Positions 8,676-18,246 of a DNA stretch of 64,000 bases are shown in pieces (position 1 is the first letter of the stretch; every line of letters starts with the position of its first letter). The notes beneath the pieces are model-generated. The model was not told where the DNA came from. It searched no databases and was given only the letters and a program-made list of their open reading frames with translations. The translations under genes were made by a program, and so were the position numbers. Where the stretch lies: contig JANLIR010000002.1 of the NCBI GenBank assembly GCA_024654025.1, forward strand, positions 21,885-85,884, written 5' to 3'. The stretch is from Candidatus Wolfebacteria bacterium. Lineage in GTDB: Bacteria > Patescibacteriota > Minisyncoccia > UBA6257 > UBA9933.

Positions 8676-11600
8676 TTTTCATATACCAATCCTCTCTTCC
8701 ACTTTCATACGAATAAGAACAACTATTACTATAAAATAAATGCTCTCCGCCCGCGTAAAGATCCTCTCTGCTAACAGCGTTTTGCCACTGATTCCTTGAC
8801 CATTGGTCATCATTATTTCCGCCAACATAACTATCAACCTCCAATAACATCCAATATTTTTTGTTGACCGCAAACGCTACGGGAAAAGAAAAATTAAAAA
8901 CTAAATCAGAAGAAGGGCTATAAATATCAGCCAATACCGAACTGGCTAATTGCGAATTCAAATCAGGTCTATCTTTGCCGTCGTCGTTGAATACCGACAA
9001 TTTTAAATTAGCGCCGTCTGTTCCTGTGTTATGCATAACCTTCACAACGGCTTTATCAAACTGAAAATCTTTTTCCGGAACAATACTCTGCGCGCTTTTG
9101 GCAACGCATCCCGAAAAATATTTGTTCCCAAAAGGATAGCTCCAGTTATTGGCTTGAGTTTGAGTTATTTCAAAATTAATATCAGGGTATTTCCAATTCG
9201 CCGTCAAAGCGCTTGAAGTTACTCCGAATTCATCTTTAGCGCGCGCGCTTATTGAAAAATCATCGCCCGACGTAACGGACTTTACTGTACCGGTCGCATA
9301 GACAGCTTGCCACTCGCCAGAATCATTGTATCGAATCTCATAACTTAACAAAGATTCAACAGTATCTGAGTCACTGGCTTTGGACCAATCAATAGCGAGT
9401 TTGGAATTTTGCTTATCAAAAACCAAATTAATAGAGCCTGTCAATTGTGGCGCCTCATGAATAGGTTCCTTGCCAAAATAATATTTCTTTTTATCAACAG
9501 CTACTAATCGAAAAATTTCCGGGCCGCCGTTTGGTATGCTTGAATGCTCAAAAGAATAATAGCCGGCAGTTATGTAATCGCTCGCTGAAAAAGATGTTTG
9601 ATCAGCGGTTTTTTCAAGCGGAACAAAAAATTTATTAATCCCCAAACTGGAAATAGCAAATCTTTCGGTGCCTATTCCCAAACCATTGCATCTTTGGGGA
9701 GTGTCCGCTAAAATCAAGGCCTTAAATCGCGATTCTCCTCCCGTTGACGCACACGGAATATACCGGACGCCGATTACCTTAAAAAAATCTTCCGCCGGCC
9801 ACTTCCAATTATAGCCGTCGCCAAAAGGATTCTCTATGTACGTTTGTTTCGATGGCTCGCTATTTAAATAAAAAACAACGACTTTCCAGCCATCAGGCGC
9901 GTATAAACTCGGCGCGATCGGATATTGGCTATATTTTCCTTCAACCAAATAATCGCTTTGATTTCTAGGGTCTTTATAAAAATAAAGTCCGGAAAGAAAG
10001 CTCGGCGCCGAAACTGTTGTTGTGGCGCTCGCCAAAATCGAGCTACTCGCGTCAACCGCTTCGACTAATAAATCATAATTTCTGCCAACCTCATCAATTA
10101 CAATACTTGCCGACGTGGATGAAGATTGATTTAAAATAGCGCTTGAAGAAGCATCTAATATTCTGTAACCAATCTCTGTGCTTGAAGAATCAATACTAGT
10201 TACAGCTTGCCAACTCAAATCTATCCTCATTGAATCTTTAACAAAAACAGCCGAAAGGCCGTTTAAAATCGAAGAAGAAGTTGCGTCAGAAGTTGATGTT
10301 GATAAAGTTGATGTTGACGCGGTTTGCTCTTGCGAATAAGAATACGAATCGATTATTTGAGTACCCGAAGCGCTGGAAATTAAGTTTTGATTAGAAACCA
10401 AAAACAAAGCTCCTTTAGTATTATTTAAAGCCTGGCTCCACGATAAATCCGCACCCTGACATGGAGTAGCGGCGTGGCAATTCGCGCCGATTTTAAAATA
10501 ACCTTGGCTTAAAATTTTATTTCCATTTTCGAAATTTCTTTTTTTAATGTTTGAGAAATCCTCGTCAGCAGCCAAATACTGAATGGAAAAATTACTTAAA
10601 TCAACATCGCTTTCTTCAGAATTAAAAATTCTCGCGTATTCATTACCTTCATCCGCGCCTTCAGGGTTATAAACAACTTCCGTGATTTTTAACCTTAAAC
10701 TGCTTACATTAGTTGAACTTGCGGTAGAAGTGGAATTTGTAGAAGTTGAATTAGAACTAGACGCCTGATTAGACGCTTGATTAGATACTTGAGAATTTTG
10801 AGTTGTGTTATTAGCAATAACTACTCCGCCTCCGCCATAAACAACCGAATTTTCCGCTTTCGGCGTTCCGCCGACATACGCCGACGTGTGCCAACCAAAA
10901 TCACCGCCATTTCGCTCCATTGTCTTTTTCAAATAATTGTCGCCAGCTAACCAACTAGAACCAGCCAGAACTTCGTCCATTAAATTACATTGTCCATCAA
11001 ACAATCTTAAACCCTCGTCGCTGTTAGAAAGCGCGCCGGTATAAATTAAATCCGCCTTAACGTTGAGCGTGGAATTATCATCCGTTCTTTCCAAAAGGAT
11101 AAATCCGCCGCTAGATAAATTTCTGTTTTTCAATTGAGATAAATTAACTTCTATTTGCCTGCCTTTGTTAATTATTTGCCAATTAGAAAGATCAATATTT
11201 TGATTTGAAATATTTTTCAATTCTACCCATTCGTCGTTAGCGCTGACAGCTGAACCCATCCACGCTACTTCATTTATTAAAACTTTATTCCGTAAAGGAG
11301 TTTGAGAATTATTAAAAAGACATTTAGCAGCTACCTGGTTTGTTAAATTAATTTCCGTTTGAGAACCGCTGGATTTTTTATCGCTATTTTTTTCAACAAG
11401 CGAAGAAGTTGAATTTTTATCCGAATTTTTATCAATGGTTGTTTTTTGGCTGTCGCTTTTCTTTACGTTTAGACTCTTTGAACTACTACTATCATTAGGG
11501 CCAGAATTGCCAACTATTGATAAGTCCTTTTTTAAAGAAGCAATATCCTTTTTCAACGAGCTAATTTCACTTTTTAAAGATTTTATTTGGCTATTTTCAT

Positions 11601-12894
11601 CTCCGGCTGATTTAGATTTAACAGAATTCTTCGTATTTCTACTGCCTGAACTAATTTCATTCTGAACACTCAAATCATTAGTTAAAGAAACTTGGTCCGC
11701 TTGAGTAAAATCGTTTTGATTGCCAAAAAGCCCAGAAAAAAACTCTCCCACCGAAGAAAGAGTATTCTTTACCGTGCCAACAGCGCTGTCCCAAAAAGAA
11801 CCAATCACACCCTTGGCTTTTTCCGTTTCTCCATATAAGGAAACAATTGGCACCGTAGGAATATCTATTTTTGTCGCACTCGGCTGATAATCAACAACCT
11901 GGGCGTTTTCTTGCGCGTCTTTAAAAAAATTATTTATCACCTGAACGCCGGTTAAAACAACTTGTTTTGAGAGAAGATTCCAATAAGCCTGGTGAATGAT
12001 AGGATCGCTTATTAAAAAATTTTCATCTCCATCTGAAGCTTCAAATGGATAAAAATTTCCAAAATTATCGTGCCTGAAATAAATTTTCTTATCCGTGGTA
12101 ATTTCCGATGATTCACTGGTTAATTTTTTATATTTAGGATCATCAATTGTGTCTTTGCTGTAAAAATTTTCATTGGAGTATTTTGCTAATTTAATAAAAC
12201 AATCTTTTGTGTCAAAACAAGAAATACTTCCTTTAATATTCGAATTTGTTAAATTAGAAAAATTAATATTTTGGCTTTCTGCGGCCCATTTTTCATAAGG
12301 ATCAGCATCGTTTACTGCTTGATTTATTTCCGCGTGAGTATCGTTTCTGGTATGAGCCGGAACGCCTAAGTCTTCAATTAGATGCAAAACATAGCCCAAT
12401 GCCTTAAAAGAATTTTCATAAGTGGCGTAATCCGGCTTTACTGCCGCGCTGGTATTTCCCAGTCCGGCAAAAACATACGCCTGAACTGCTTTTGAATAAG
12501 TTTGATCGCCTTGGTAGAGTGAATATCTTCCTTGAAGTTTTTGATCAAACGCCCAATTTACAGAAGAAGTCGCGTCTTTTATTGAAAGGAAGATTTTTGA
12601 AAGAAGGTAAATTGTTTCTTTTGAAATATCTCCTTGTTTTTCTCCAGTCCAGCCCTGATTTAAAACCGGATCATAAAAATGATTAATCCATCTTGGCGGG
12701 GTGTCTTCTTTTATAGATCCGTTAATTATCCAATCCGCTTGCTCTTGAGATATTTTTACTCCGGAATTTTGGTTATAAACTTTTATAATTTCTCTTGTTA
12801 ATTCCTGATGGGTTGGGCTTGGCCAAAAAGCAAGAGACGAATTAAAAGAAAAAATAAATAAAAATAATATAGCCGCAAAGATTTTTTTGATCAT
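8665..12894 (-). CDS. large secreted protein: Zn-dependent phospholipase C/P1-nuclease-like domain, coiled coil, two lamin-tail domains, beta-rich C-terminus
   Basis: Signal peptide; W..PTH, NHFY, LHLIED..PAHTRNDTH, YE motifs; INEVAWMGS..DEWVELKN and ITEVVYNPEG.DEGNEY lamin-tail motifs. Confidence 0.75.
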   Translation of the reverse strand: MIKKIFAAILFLFIFSFNSSLAFWPSPTHQELTREIIKVYNQNSGVKISQEQADWIINGSIKEDTPPRWINHFYDPVLNQGWTGEKQGDISKETIYLLSKIFLSIKDATSSVNWAFDQKLQGRYSLYQGDQTYSKAVQAYVFAGLGNTSAAVKPDYATYENSFKALGYVLHLIEDLGVPAHTRNDTHAEINQAVNDADPYEKWAAESQNINFSNLTNSNIKGSISCFDTKDCFIKLAKYSNENFYSKDTIDDPKYKKLTSESSEITTDKKIYFRHDNFGNFYPFEASDGDENFLISDPIIHQAYWNLLSKQVVLTGVQVINNFFKDAQENAQVVDYQPSATKIDIPTVPIVSLYGETEKAKGVIGSFWDSAVGTVKNTLSSVGEFFSGLFGNQNDFTQADQVSLTNDLSVQNEISSGSRNTKNSVKSKSAGDENSQIKSLKSEISSLKKDIASLKKDLSIVGNSGPNDSSSSKSLNVKKSDSQKTTIDKNSDKNSTSSLVEKNSDKKSSGSQTEINLTNQVAAKCLFNNSQTPLRNKVLINEVAWMGSAVSANDEWVELKNISNQNIDLSNWQIINKGRQIEVNLSQLKNRNLSSGGFILLERTDDNSTLNVKADLIYTGALSNSDEGLRLFDGQCNLMDEVLAGSSWLAGDNYLKKTMERNGGDFGWHTSAYVGGTPKAENSVVYGGGGVVIANNTTQNSQVSNQASNQASSSNSTSTNSTSTASSTNVSSLRLKITEVVYNPEGADEGNEYARIFNSEESDVDLSNFSIQYLAADEDFSNIKKRNFENGNKILSQGYFKIGANCHAATPCQGADLSWSQALNNTKGALFLVSNQNLISSASGTQIIDSYSYSQEQTASTSTLSTSTSDATSSSILNGLSAVFVKDSMRIDLSWQAVTSIDSSSTEIGYRILDASSSAILNQSSSTSASIVIDEVGRNYDLLVEAVDASSSILASATTTVSAPSFLSGLYFYKDPRNQSDYLVEGKYSQYPIAPSLYAPDGWKVVVFYLNSEPSKQTYIENPFGDGYNWKWPAEDFFKVIGVRYIPCASTGGESRFKALILADTPQRCNGLGIGTERFAISSLGINKFFVPLEKTADQTSFSASDYITAGYYSFEHSSIPNGGPEIFRLVAVDKKKYYFGKEPIHEAPQLTGSINLVFDKQNSKLAIDWSKASDSDTVESLLSYEIRYNDSGEWQAVYATGTVKSVTSGDDFSISARAKDEFGVTSSALTANWKYPDINFEITQTQANNWSYPFGNKYFSGCVAKSAQSIVPEKDFQFDKAVVKVMHNTGTDGANLKLSVFNDDGKDRPDLNSQLASSVLADIYSPSSDLVFNFSFPVAFAVNKKYWMLLEVDSYVGGNNDDQWSRNQWQNAVSREDLYAGGEHLFYSNSCSYSYESGREDWYMKIGL

Positions 12895-12897
12895 AAA

Positions 12898-13530
12898 TTA
12901 ATTCTGGTAAAGCTTCCAAATCTGCGCTGGCTTACTGAATTGAAAAATTATTGAGCCTTGATATTTGCCCGCGGGGATTGTGCTAGTTTCCTCTGCGGCT
13001 GTATCATAAAAAGTATGATTTTTTTTCTGAATATATTCATACGCAAACTTTTTTGAATCTCTGTCCCAAAAATCAACTTCTTTCAAATTAGACCATTCAA
13101 TCGGTAATTTATTTACATACTCCCCCAACCATCCTTCACTTTGTAAACGCACTAACCATTTATACGCTCTTCCCGGGCCTTCAATGCCGATGTAATACTT
13201 TGAAGCAAGCAAAATATCGCCTTTCTTTAAAGCATCCAAATACATAAAATAAGTTTCTTCCGGAGTTTTCCCTCCGTACTTATCGTTTTTTAGAGCGTTT
13301 AAATAATCCTGCTCAGCCGAAAAATAAGCGTCGAATCCCCTTTGAGCAAAATAATCATTGTACAAAGTTTTTAAGATCGGATACCCAACAAAAAGTGCGA
13401 TGATAATCGCCAAAAAACTCAAAACAAATTTTCGATACGATTTCTTTTGGACCGGAGACAGCGAAGAATCGGGTGAAGAATTGAAAGAATCATTTGAACC
13501 GCTTTCCGAATCTTGATTTTGGAGTTCCAT
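12898..13530 (-). CDS. membrane-anchored hypothetical protein
   Basis: One TM helix, then YGGKTPEETY..YLDALKKGD.LASKY; 3 nt upstream of the 1409-aa gene. Confidence 0.7.
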   Translation of the reverse strand: MELQNQDSESGSNDSFNSSPDSSLSPVQKKSYRKFVLSFLAIIIALFVGYPILKTLYNDYFAQRGFDAYFSAEQDYLNALKNDKYGGKTPEETYFMYLDALKKGDILLASKYYIGIEGPGRAYKWLVRLQSEGWLGEYVNKLPIEWSNLKEVDFWDRDSKKFAYEYIQKKNHTFYDTAAEETSTIPAGKYQGSIIFQFSKPAQIWKLYQN

Positions 13531-13720
13531 AAATTTTTTGTGTTAATTATTTATAATTTTAATTTCTAAGACTATATTTTACAATAGGCCAAAAACAAAA
13601 ATTTTGTCTTCTGAAACCCATAAGTAATTTAGATCTAAAATTTCAAAACACAAATTAAATAATATTTTTAACCTCCGGTTTTAAAAACAAAAAAAGAGCT
13701 TAGAGCGCTGGTCTAAAAAA

Positions 13721-14030
13721 AATAATTCGGCAGTCCGTCATCTGGTGAGTTGCCGAATTATTGTTTGCCGAACTATTTGTGATTGGCTTTGCCGAACCAA
13801 CTATCCTAAACTTATCAATAAAGGATTGCCGAACTAGTTGTGGCGAGCCTGCCGAATTATTTATAATATATTTATCTAACTGCTTACAATAAATTTTACA
13901 GAGTCATTGCCGAACTCATCAATAGTAATCTTGCCGAACTAAACCGTACTACTATACCAAACTTTGCCGAACTTTTTGCCGAATTACTTGTGGTAATCCG
14001 TCAGCTGACGGACGGACTCTTGCCGAACTA
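13721..14030. repeat. non-coding array of (T)TGCCGAA motifs
   Basis: TGCCGAA at 13751, 13766, 13790, 13827, 13850, 13908, 13932, 13965, 13977, 14021, plus an inverted copy at 13726. Confidence 0.92.
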
Positions 14031-14191
14031 CTGCCTATTTTAACAAAAACCAGCCTGATTCAATCCCATCACTAACTCAATACACCTATTATTTAAAGCA
14101 GCAAAATAACTAAAATCGCCTCCATTAAAACTCAAAATTTTAAACGCTCCTCAACACATCATTTATCCCCCGCTTAAACCCCACTCAAAAG

Positions 14192-14200
14192 TTATCCACA
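14192..14200 (+). promoter_or_regulatory. consensus DnaA box TTATCCACA
   Basis: Exact 9-mer abutting the 40-bp palindrome; others at 55881-55889 (minus) and 60339-60347. Confidence 0.4.
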
Positions 14201-14240
14201 TTTACTACAATAACCTGCGATCGCAGGTTATTGTAGTAAA
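14201..14240. repeat. perfect 40-bp palindrome, copy 1
   Basis: TTTACTACAATAACCTGCGA|TCGCAGGTTATTGTAGTAAA. Confidence 0.95.
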
Positions 14241-14855
14241 TTAAAAATTCCCTTCAAGCGTTCCTTTTTTATCTATGGAAAAAATCTCTACATAATGCAA
14301 AATGTCTAAATTTTTAAGATCGTCGATAAAATCTTTGGGCAATTTATTCTTGCTAATCCAAACGCTTTTTTGTAGCATAGAAAACCCGAGGGCAATTAAA
14401 TTTTCCCGCAGCCAATTTCTTTTTCGCTTTTCCTCTTCGGGAATATCAAAAATAACTATCTTTAATTTTCCATCTCTGTCACTTTCTTTCGTATAAATTT
14501 TATAAGGTAATTTATTTTCTTTTTTTAACTTTAACTCATTAAGCTTCTTTTCTCCTTTTTTGGTTATCTTCCATTTAGAACGGTTGTTCTCTTTAGTTCT
14601 TTTAACTAAACCTTGTTTTTGAAGATAACCTAAAAGATTATAAAAACGCTGTTGTTCTTTCTTTTTATATTGTTCGTAACTTAATTTTGAAGAATTTTCA
14701 AAAAGTTCTTTATAGAAAGGGCCGTATTTAATCTTTCGCTTCGCTTTCTTATAAGAGTCGTGATAATTCTTTAAAATAATATCAATTAGGTCTATGCTAA
14801 GCTCCCCAAATTTCTTCGCAGCTTCCAAAATAAATTCTGTTTTCATGATGAGCAA
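14241..14855 (-). CDS. PaaX-like protein (winged helix + Cas2-like central domain); start may be 14846
   Basis: FYNLLGYLQKQGLV..WKITKKG (wHTH), then IVIFDIPEEEKRKRNWLRENLIALGFSMLQKSVWI. Confidence 0.85.
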   Translation of the reverse strand: MLIMKTEFILEAAKKFGELSIDLIDIILKNYHDSYKKAKRKIKYGPFYKELFENSSKLSYEQYKKKEQQRFYNLLGYLQKQGLVKRTKENNRSKWKITKKGEKKLNELKLKKENKLPYKIYTKESDRDGKLKIVIFDIPEEEKRKRNWLRENLIALGFSMLQKSVWISKNKLPKDFIDDLKNLDILHYVEIFSIDKKGTLEGNF

Positions 14856-14860
14856 TTAAT

Positions 14861-14900
14861 TTTACTACAATGACCTGCGATCGCTGGCTATTGTAGTGAA
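14861..14900. repeat. imperfect 40-bp palindrome, copy 2
   Basis: TTTACTACAATGACCTGCGATCGCTGGCTATTGTAGTGAA, 36/40 identical to copy 1. Confidence 0.93.
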
Positions 14901-15818
14901 TTATTTTATTTTAAGGTAATCGTAGATATTTAAGACCGCTTTGATGGCGTCGCCGGCGGCGATGTTATTTTGATTGTATAAAACGTCAGTAACGTCCCCT
15001 GCCGCCCAAATACCCTCCGAAGAAGTTTTCTGAGTTTTTTGGTCAATAATAATTCTTCCGTACTTATCCAAATCAATCAAATCTTTCACGCTTTCGCTGT
15101 TTGGCTGGAATCCGATTTCCACAAAAACGCCTTCAACCGAAAGCTCTTTCATTTCTCCGGTCTTCCTGTTCTGGTATCTGATTCCTTTTACGAATTCGTC
15201 TCCAAAAATTTCTTTTACTTCAGCCATTGTTATCTCTTGAGATTTTCCCGAGGCTCTTACCTTATCGCAAGTCACGGAATCAGCCTTGCACTCTTCCGTA
15301 TATTCCAAAATGTAAATTTTATTAGCGTAAGGCAATAAATCCATGGCTGCTTCAAAACCGGAATTTCCCCCTCCAACAACAGCCGTGGTTTTGTTTTTCA
15401 TAAGAGGCGCATCGCAGGTAGAACAATAAAAAACGCCTTTTCCATCGTATTTATCTTCTCCCGGAACATTAAGCCGCTTGTGCCGGCTGCCGGCTGTAAG
15501 TAAAATCGTTTTTGTTTCAAATTTATCCCCTTTGTCGGTAAAAACCGAGATAACTTCCCCTTGTTTTTCAATCTTAGAAACAAAAACATTGTCTTTTATT
15601 TCAATATCTTCCTGGTCGCGAAGATGACCCTCCAAATTTTTGGCAAGCTCGAAACCGGAAATATCTTTAACTCCTATCCAATTTTTAATACCCGCAGAAA
15701 CAAGAGATTGTCCCCCAAAATCCTTGGTTAAAAAAAGCGTATTTATTTTTTTCCTGGCCGCGTAAACTCCAGCCGCTACTCCGGCCGGACCGCCGCCGAT
15801 AATTATCAATTCGTACAT
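14901..15818 (-). CDS. trxB: thioredoxin reductase (TrxB/AhpF C-terminal type)
   Basis: IIGGGPAG, YCSTCDAP, VVGGGNSG, AAGDVTD; start MYELIII at 15818. Confidence 0.9.
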   Translation of the reverse strand: MYELIIIGGGPAGVAAGVYAARKKINTLFLTKDFGGQSLVSAGIKNWIGVKDISGFELAKNLEGHLRDQEDIEIKDNVFVSKIEKQGEVISVFTDKGDKFETKTILLTAGSRHKRLNVPGEDKYDGKGVFYCSTCDAPLMKNKTTAVVGGGNSGFEAAMDLLPYANKIYILEYTEECKADSVTCDKVRASGKSQEITMAEVKEIFGDEFVKGIRYQNRKTGEMKELSVEGVFVEIGFQPNSESVKDLIDLDKYGRIIIDQKTQKTSSEGIWAAGDVTDVLYNQNNIAAGDAIKAVLNIYDYLKIK

Positions 15819-15828
15819 AAAAATATAT

Positions 15829-16056
15829 TTAAAGCCCCAATGCCTTATCAATCCCCGCCTTGTCAAACCCGACGATAATCGTATTGTTGATATCCAAAAC
15901 AGGTACGCCCATCTGATGCGATTTCTGAATCATTTCTCTTGCAGCCGCCTCGTCTTCCTCGACATTCACTTCTTTAAATTTTATATCATTTTTCTCTAAA
16001 TATTCCTTCGCCATATGACAATAGGGGCAAACCGAAGTGGTATAAATCGTAATCAT
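15829..16056 (-). CDS. glutaredoxin-like (NrdH/YruB) protein
   Basis: CPYC motif, QMGVPV, IVGFD. Confidence 0.9.
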   Translation of the reverse strand: MITIYTTSVCPYCHMAKEYLEKNDIKFKEVNVEEDEAAAREMIQKSHQMGVPVLDINNTIIVGFDKAGIDKALGL

Positions 16057-16117
16057 GATTTAGTTATTAATTATAACTGGTTAATTTGGCGACCTTGGTA
16101 AATTAAATATTTGCAGC

Positions 16118-16867
16118 TTATTTTTTTAAAAAAGCATCGATTGCTTGCGCGATATTTTCATAAGAACCCTGTATCATCTGTCCGTTTATAAACAGCGTTG
16201 GAGTAGAAATTTTTCCATTCATTAATTTATTGGCTTCATTATAATTATCCGTGATTTCATTTTTGTACTTTTTTGAATCAAAACATTGCAAAAAACTTGC
16301 AGTATCCATTTTTAAATCAACTGCTGTTTTTTCAAAAAAGTTTCGGTTTAAATTCCCGTTGTTTTCATTACTTTGCAATGCGCCAGACATTACCTTTTCT
16401 ACTTCGCCCCACTCAGCCTTAAATATCTCGTCGTGGAATTGCCAAAATTTCCCTTGCTCCCTAGCGCAACCCGCCGCTAAAGCTGCTGCCTCAGATTCCA
16501 AACCCAAAAACGCAAGCTCCTTATAAATCATTTTTGCTTTGCCGGTTTTTATATAATTATCCGTTATCTTGCCTTGTATTTCTTTAAAAAATTTAGCGCA
16601 AAACGGGCATTGATAATCACCAAACTCAATAATCGTTACCGGCGCGTCGGAATTTCCCAAAACCACATCAGAAGCAGAAACAGAAACTTTTTGAGCTTCC
16701 CGATTACCTTCGCTATTTTTAGCCGATCCCGATAAATTGGCTTTTTGCCCTTCGTAATTTTTAAGACCTGTTGAATAAATAACAGATACCGCTATTATTA
16801 CCGCAGCCGTCAAAATGCTTGCCGGAAGCAACCAATCTTTTTGATTATTTTGCGTGTCGTTTTCCAT
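16118..16867 (-). CDS. DsbA-family oxidoreductase, membrane anchored
   Basis: N-terminal TM, EFGDYQCPFC, STPTLFING. Confidence 0.9.
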   Translation of the reverse strand: MENDTQNNQKDWLLPASILTAAVIIAVSVIYSTGLKNYEGQKANLSGSAKNSEGNREAQKVSVSASDVVLGNSDAPVTIIEFGDYQCPFCAKFFKEIQGKITDNYIKTGKAKMIYKELAFLGLESEAAALAAGCAREQGKFWQFHDEIFKAEWGEVEKVMSGALQSNENNGNLNRNFFEKTAVDLKMDTASFLQCFDSKKYKNEITDNYNEANKLMNGKISTPTLFINGQMIQGSYENIAQAIDAFLKK

Positions 16868-16907
16868 ATGATAAGATTATTTATTATAACATAGCTGTCA
16901 ACCCCTT

Positions 16908-18245
16908 ATGAATCTAAAGATTAAAACATTCATAATTTTTATAGGTGATACCGTAATTCTTTACGGTTCTTTAGTTTTAGCGCTTTTAATCCGCTACGGC
17001 GCAGAGAATAATTTTTATGTTTTTTCATCGAATCTAACCAGTCATCTTGCGCCTTTCTCTTTAATTTTCGCGGTTTGGGTAATAGTATTTTATTTAACAG
17101 ATCTTTACGACCCAAGAAATTTCAAAAACAATATAAATTTCTTTAAAAATTTCGGGCTAACTTTATTAATCAACGGCTTCCTCGCCGTGCTTTTCTTTTA
17201 TTTAATTCCCATCTACGGCATCACCCCAAAAACAAATCTTCTTATATTTTTAATAATCTTCGGAGTTTTAAGTTCGCTGTGGCGTTATCTTTTTAATTAT
17301 TTTAGCGGAACTATCGGTTCTCCGGAAAAAATTTTAATTATAAAACCAGAACTCCAAAACATTGAGGTTGAAAATTTAATTAACTTTATAAACCACAATC
17401 CTCAGCTTGGTTATAAAATCGAGTATCAACTAAAAGAATCCAGCCTTGTAGAACTTGAAACAATTTTAACCAAAAAATTTGATATTGCCATAATCCCTAC
17501 TCATCTCCAAGAAAAATCAAAAATAACAAAGCTGATGTATAAAAACTTTTCCGGCGACTACAGGGTAATTAATTTTTCAGAATTTTACGAATTAATTTTC
17601 AAAAAAGTTCCGCTTTCAGAGCTTGAGGAATCTTGGTTTTTCGAAAATTTAATAAAGCGAAAAATATTTTATGATCCTCTAAAAATACTTTCCGATTTAA
17701 TTATGTCTCTTATTTTATTTTTCGTTATCATTCCGATCTCTCTGATAATTTTTTTAATTATTAAATTAACCTCAAAAGGACCTGCCGTCTACAAACAGAT
17801 ACGAACCGGCAAAAAGGAAAAAGGATTTCTTTTATACAAATTCCGAACCATGTATCAAGACGCGGAAAAACAAGGCCCTCAGTGGGCTGGTGAAAACGAC
17901 CCGCGAACAACGCCAATCGGAAAAATATTACGCCACAGCCATCTTGATGAAATACCTCAATTAATAAACATTATCAAAGGCAATATTTCTTTTGTCGGTC
18001 CGCGACCAGAGCGTCCGGAATTTATATCTCTTCTAAAAGAAAAAATTCCTTATTACGAAATTCGCCACCTTATAAAACCCGGCCTTACCGGTTGGGCCCA
18101 AATTAACTATCGCTACGGCTCCTCGATTGAAGATGCGTACGAAAAACTTCAATATGATATCTATTATCTTAAAAATAGGTCTTTTATTCTGGATTTTCTT
18201 ATTATTTTAAAAACCATAAAATCGGTGTTCTCAAATCCAAAATAA
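16908..18245 (+). CDS. priming polyprenyl-phosphate glycosylphosphotransferase (WcaJ/WbaP type)
   Basis: Several TM helices; YKFRTM, DPRTT, LDEIPQLINI, VGPRPERP, KPGLTGWAQ. Confidence 0.93.
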   Translation: MNLKIKTFIIFIGDTVILYGSLVLALLIRYGAENNFYVFSSNLTSHLAPFSLIFAVWVIVFYLTDLYDPRNFKNNINFFKNFGLTLLINGFLAVLFFYLIPIYGITPKTNLLIFLIIFGVLSSLWRYLFNYFSGTIGSPEKILIIKPELQNIEVENLINFINHNPQLGYKIEYQLKESSLVELETILTKKFDIAIIPTHLQEKSKITKLMYKNFSGDYRVINFSEFYELIFKKVPLSELEESWFFENLIKRKIFYDPLKILSDLIMSLILFFVIIPISLIIFLIIKLTSKGPAVYKQIRTGKKEKGFLLYKFRTMYQDAEKQGPQWAGENDPRTTPIGKILRHSHLDEIPQLINIIKGNISFVGPRPERPEFISLLKEKIPYYEIRHLIKPGLTGWAQINYRYGSSIEDAYEKLQYDIYYLKNRSFILDFLIILKTIKSVFSNPK

Positions 18246-18246
18246 A

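Noticed and set aside
13531-14240. Replication origin
   Set aside because: Only one perfect DnaA box, no dnaA/dnaN nearby, and genes are mostly on the minus strand on both sides; not excluded without genome-wide GC skew
13721-14855. CRISPR array plus cas2
   Set aside because: Repeat is only 7-10 bp with irregular 12-58 bp spacing; no cas1 or other cas genes; the protein has a PaaX-type winged helix
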